Source: Halomonas sp.
Lineage (GTDB): Bacteria > Pseudomonadota > Gammaproteobacteria > Pseudomonadales > Halomonadaceae
Direction: 5' to 3'
Assembly: GCF_014859505.1 (NCBI RefSeq)
Contig: NZ_JACUUD010000002.1
Location: 4,166 to 68,165, forward strand
DNA length: 64,000 nucleotides
The position numbers and the translations under genes are program-made. The notes beneath the pieces were generated by a model that was not told the origin of the DNA, did no database searches, and was given only the letters and a program-made list of their open reading frames with translations. This document shows, piece by piece, positions 62,302 to 64,000 of this stretch. The first letter of the stretch is position 1. Each line of letters begins with the position of its first letter.

Positions 62302-63251
62302 CAGCGCGCCTCCTGCCGGCTGGCCCGGAAGGCGTCGAGGATCTCGCCGGCCGGGGCCTGCCAGACCGCCTCGTGGCCGGTGACATGGGCCAGCACCTCC
62401 TCCAGGCAACCGATGCGGTGGGGCTGGCCGACCAGCCAGGGGTGCAGGTTGAGCGCCAGCAGCCGCCCTCCCTCCCGCCGGGACTCCTCCACCAGGAAGT
62501 CGAAGGCGTCCTTGACCTGCTCGACCCAAGAGTCCTCGGAGTGCAGGTTCTGGGCCATCACGAACTGGTCCTCGATCTCGGTGGTCAGCGGCATCATCAT
62601 CAGCGGGCCGTGCTCGGTGGCGAAGGGATAGGGCAGCTCGTCGTTGACCCAGTCGGCGCAGTACTCGATGCCGTTCTCGGCGAGCAGGTCGGGGGTGTTC
62701 CAGCTCTGGTGCTTGGCCGGGCTCAGCCAGCCGCGGACCGGCTGGCCGGTGAGCGCGCGCAGGGTCGCCACCGAGCGGCGCACGATCTCGGCCTCCTCGT
62801 CGCGATCCTGGCCGCCGGTGTGCAGGTGGTCCATGTTCCAGCCGTGGCAGAGGAACTCGCCGCCGAAGGCCTTCAGGCGCTCCAGCAGGTAGGGGGTCTG
62901 CTCGGCCAGCTGGGCGTTGATCGCCCAGGTGGGGCGCACGCCGAAGCGCTCGAAGGCCTGCAGAAGACGGTATATCCCCACCCGGTTGCCGTAGTCGCGC
63001 AGTGAATAGTGGCGCAGGTCCGGGTAGGGCATGGTCATGCCGTTGGGCACCTTGAAGGGCACGCCGCGCTGGTTGAGCGGGTAGAACTGCAGCGAGACGT
63101 TGATCCATACCGCGAGCGTCCTGCCCTGCGGCCACTGCACGGGCGCGCGATCGGCCAGCATCGACCAGGCGTAGCGGTCATGGTCGTAGCCGTGGCGACG
63201 CCAGGGGTAGGTCAGGTACTCCGGTGCGAGGGACGAGTCTTGCGAGGACAT
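62301..63251 (-). CDS. Polysaccharide deacetylase/PuuE-like hydrolase
   Basis: RDYGNRVGIYR, HGWNMDH, GWLSP, DWVNDELP, NLHPWL.GQPHRI. Confidence 0.85.
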   Translation of the reverse strand: MSSQDSSLAPEYLTYPWRRHGYDHDRYAWSMLADRAPVQWPQGRTLAVWINVSLQFYPLNQRGVPFKVPNGMTMPYPDLRHYSLRDYGNRVGIYRLLQAFERFGVRPTWAINAQLAEQTPYLLERLKAFGGEFLCHGWNMDHLHTGGQDRDEEAEIVRRSVATLRALTGQPVRGWLSPAKHQSWNTPDLLAENGIEYCADWVNDELPYPFATEHGPLMMMPLTTEIEDQFVMAQNLHSEDSWVEQVKDAFDFLVEESRREGGRLLALNLHPWLVGQPHRIGCLEEVLAHVTGHEAVWQAPAGEILDAFRASRQEAR

Positions 63252-63254
63252 GGT

Positions 63255-64000
63255 TCAGTGCCTCCCGGCCGCGGCGGCCTTGGCAGCGATGTCGTCCAGG
63301 GCGGCATCGTGGTGGTTATCGAGGTAGTGCCGGGCGATCTCGCGGCCGGTGGCCACCCAGACGTCGCTGTGCCCGGTGATGTACTCCAGCGCCTCCTCGA
63401 AGGCCTTGATGCGATGCGGACAGCTGATCTGGTAGTTGTGGGTCGGGATGCACATCACCGTGCCCGACTCGGCCCCCTCGGCGTAGAGCCGGTCGAAGTG
63501 GCGCTTGAGCATCGTCAGGTAGTGGCGCGGCTCCACCTTGTTCACCGCGTAGACGATGGTGTCGTTCATCTCCAGCGAATAGGGTACCGAGACGAAGCGG
63601 CGCCCCGAGCGCAGCCGGATCGGGGTCGGCTGGTCGTCGTGGAAGAGGTCGCAGGTGTAGATGCCGCCCTCCTCGCCGAACAGCTCCTGGCCCACCTCGG
63701 CGAAGAGGTCCAGGGTACGCTCCGAATGGGAGAGCGCCGGGGCCAGGTAGCCGGCACACTTCTGGCTGGTATGGCGGTGAATGGTCTCGATGCCGTCACG
63801 GATCATCTCCCGCTCCTGGGCCTCGCTCATGCCGTAGGTGTAGCGGGTGTTGTAGATGCCGTGGCTGAAGAACTCCCAGTCGCGCTCGCGGCACATCTCG
63901 ATGATCTCGGGATGATGCTCGCAGAGCGCCACCGACAGCGACACCGAGCCGCGAATGCCGTACTTGTCGAGCAGCGCCATCTGGCGCCGGTGGCCGACCC
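63255..64000 (-). CDS. Second polysaccharide deacetylase/PuuE-like hydrolase; 5' end lies outside the window
   Basis: Open to the window edge (RVGHRRQMALLDKYG); FFSHGIYN, GYLAP, DLFHDDQP, PYSLEMND, PTHNYQISCPHR. Confidence 0.85.
   Translation of the reverse strand, partial: VGHRRQMALLDKYGIRGSVSLSVALCEHHPEIIEMCRERDWEFFSHGIYNTRYTYGMSEAQEREMIRDGIETIHRHTSQKCAGYLAPALSHSERTLDLFAEVGQELFGEEGGIYTCDLFHDDQPTPIRLRSGRRFVSVPYSLEMNDTIVYAVNKVEPRHYLTMLKRHFDRLYAEGAESGTVMCIPTHNYQISCPHRIKAFEEALEYITGHSDVWVATGREIARHYLDNHHDAALDDIAAKAAAAGRH

Overview
High-GC gammaproteobacterial chromosome segment. It looks Halomonas-like from its acidic exported proteins and gene content; this is inference. I found no rRNA, tRNA, CRISPR array, integrase or transposase. 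From left to right: the 3' end of a lipocalin gene; astE and a polar amino-acid (Arg/Orn-type) ABC transporter; a divergent four-gene heme/flavin redox module (cytochrome b5 + FMN-binding fusion, ferric-reductase/FNR fusion, EB_dh-type heme protein, DUF2231-like membrane protein); phoX; purEK; lhgO with a TAXI-TRAP transporter, preceded by an in-frame chimeric relic (amino-acid permease N-terminus fused to a csiD/glaH fragment); and an orphan XRE gene. Next comes a ~28 kb anaerobic-respiration/selenium block: an unknown exported protein, an OmpR-type two-component system, ttrBCA/srdBCA-like molybdoenzyme genes, egtD, an oxidoreductase-SelD fusion, senB, senA, a PhnCDE-like ABC transporter, Wolinella-type frdCAB and a complete N-ATPase operon. 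After it lie ilvD; a TPP riboswitch with an SSS transporter and tenA; a SauUSI-like PLD-helicase-DUF3427 nuclease; an AhpD-like gene, mmsA and LysR; a diguanylate cyclase island flanked by a 211-bp duplication of the LysR 3' end; and an FAD oxidoreductase with two deacetylase-family genes. The best candidate for an undescribed system is the physical coupling of a Ttr/Srd-type reductase, a complete selenoneine pathway and an oxyanion-type ABC importer, a possible selenium-oxyanion-to-selenoneine route. All family calls come from motif recognition, not database searches.
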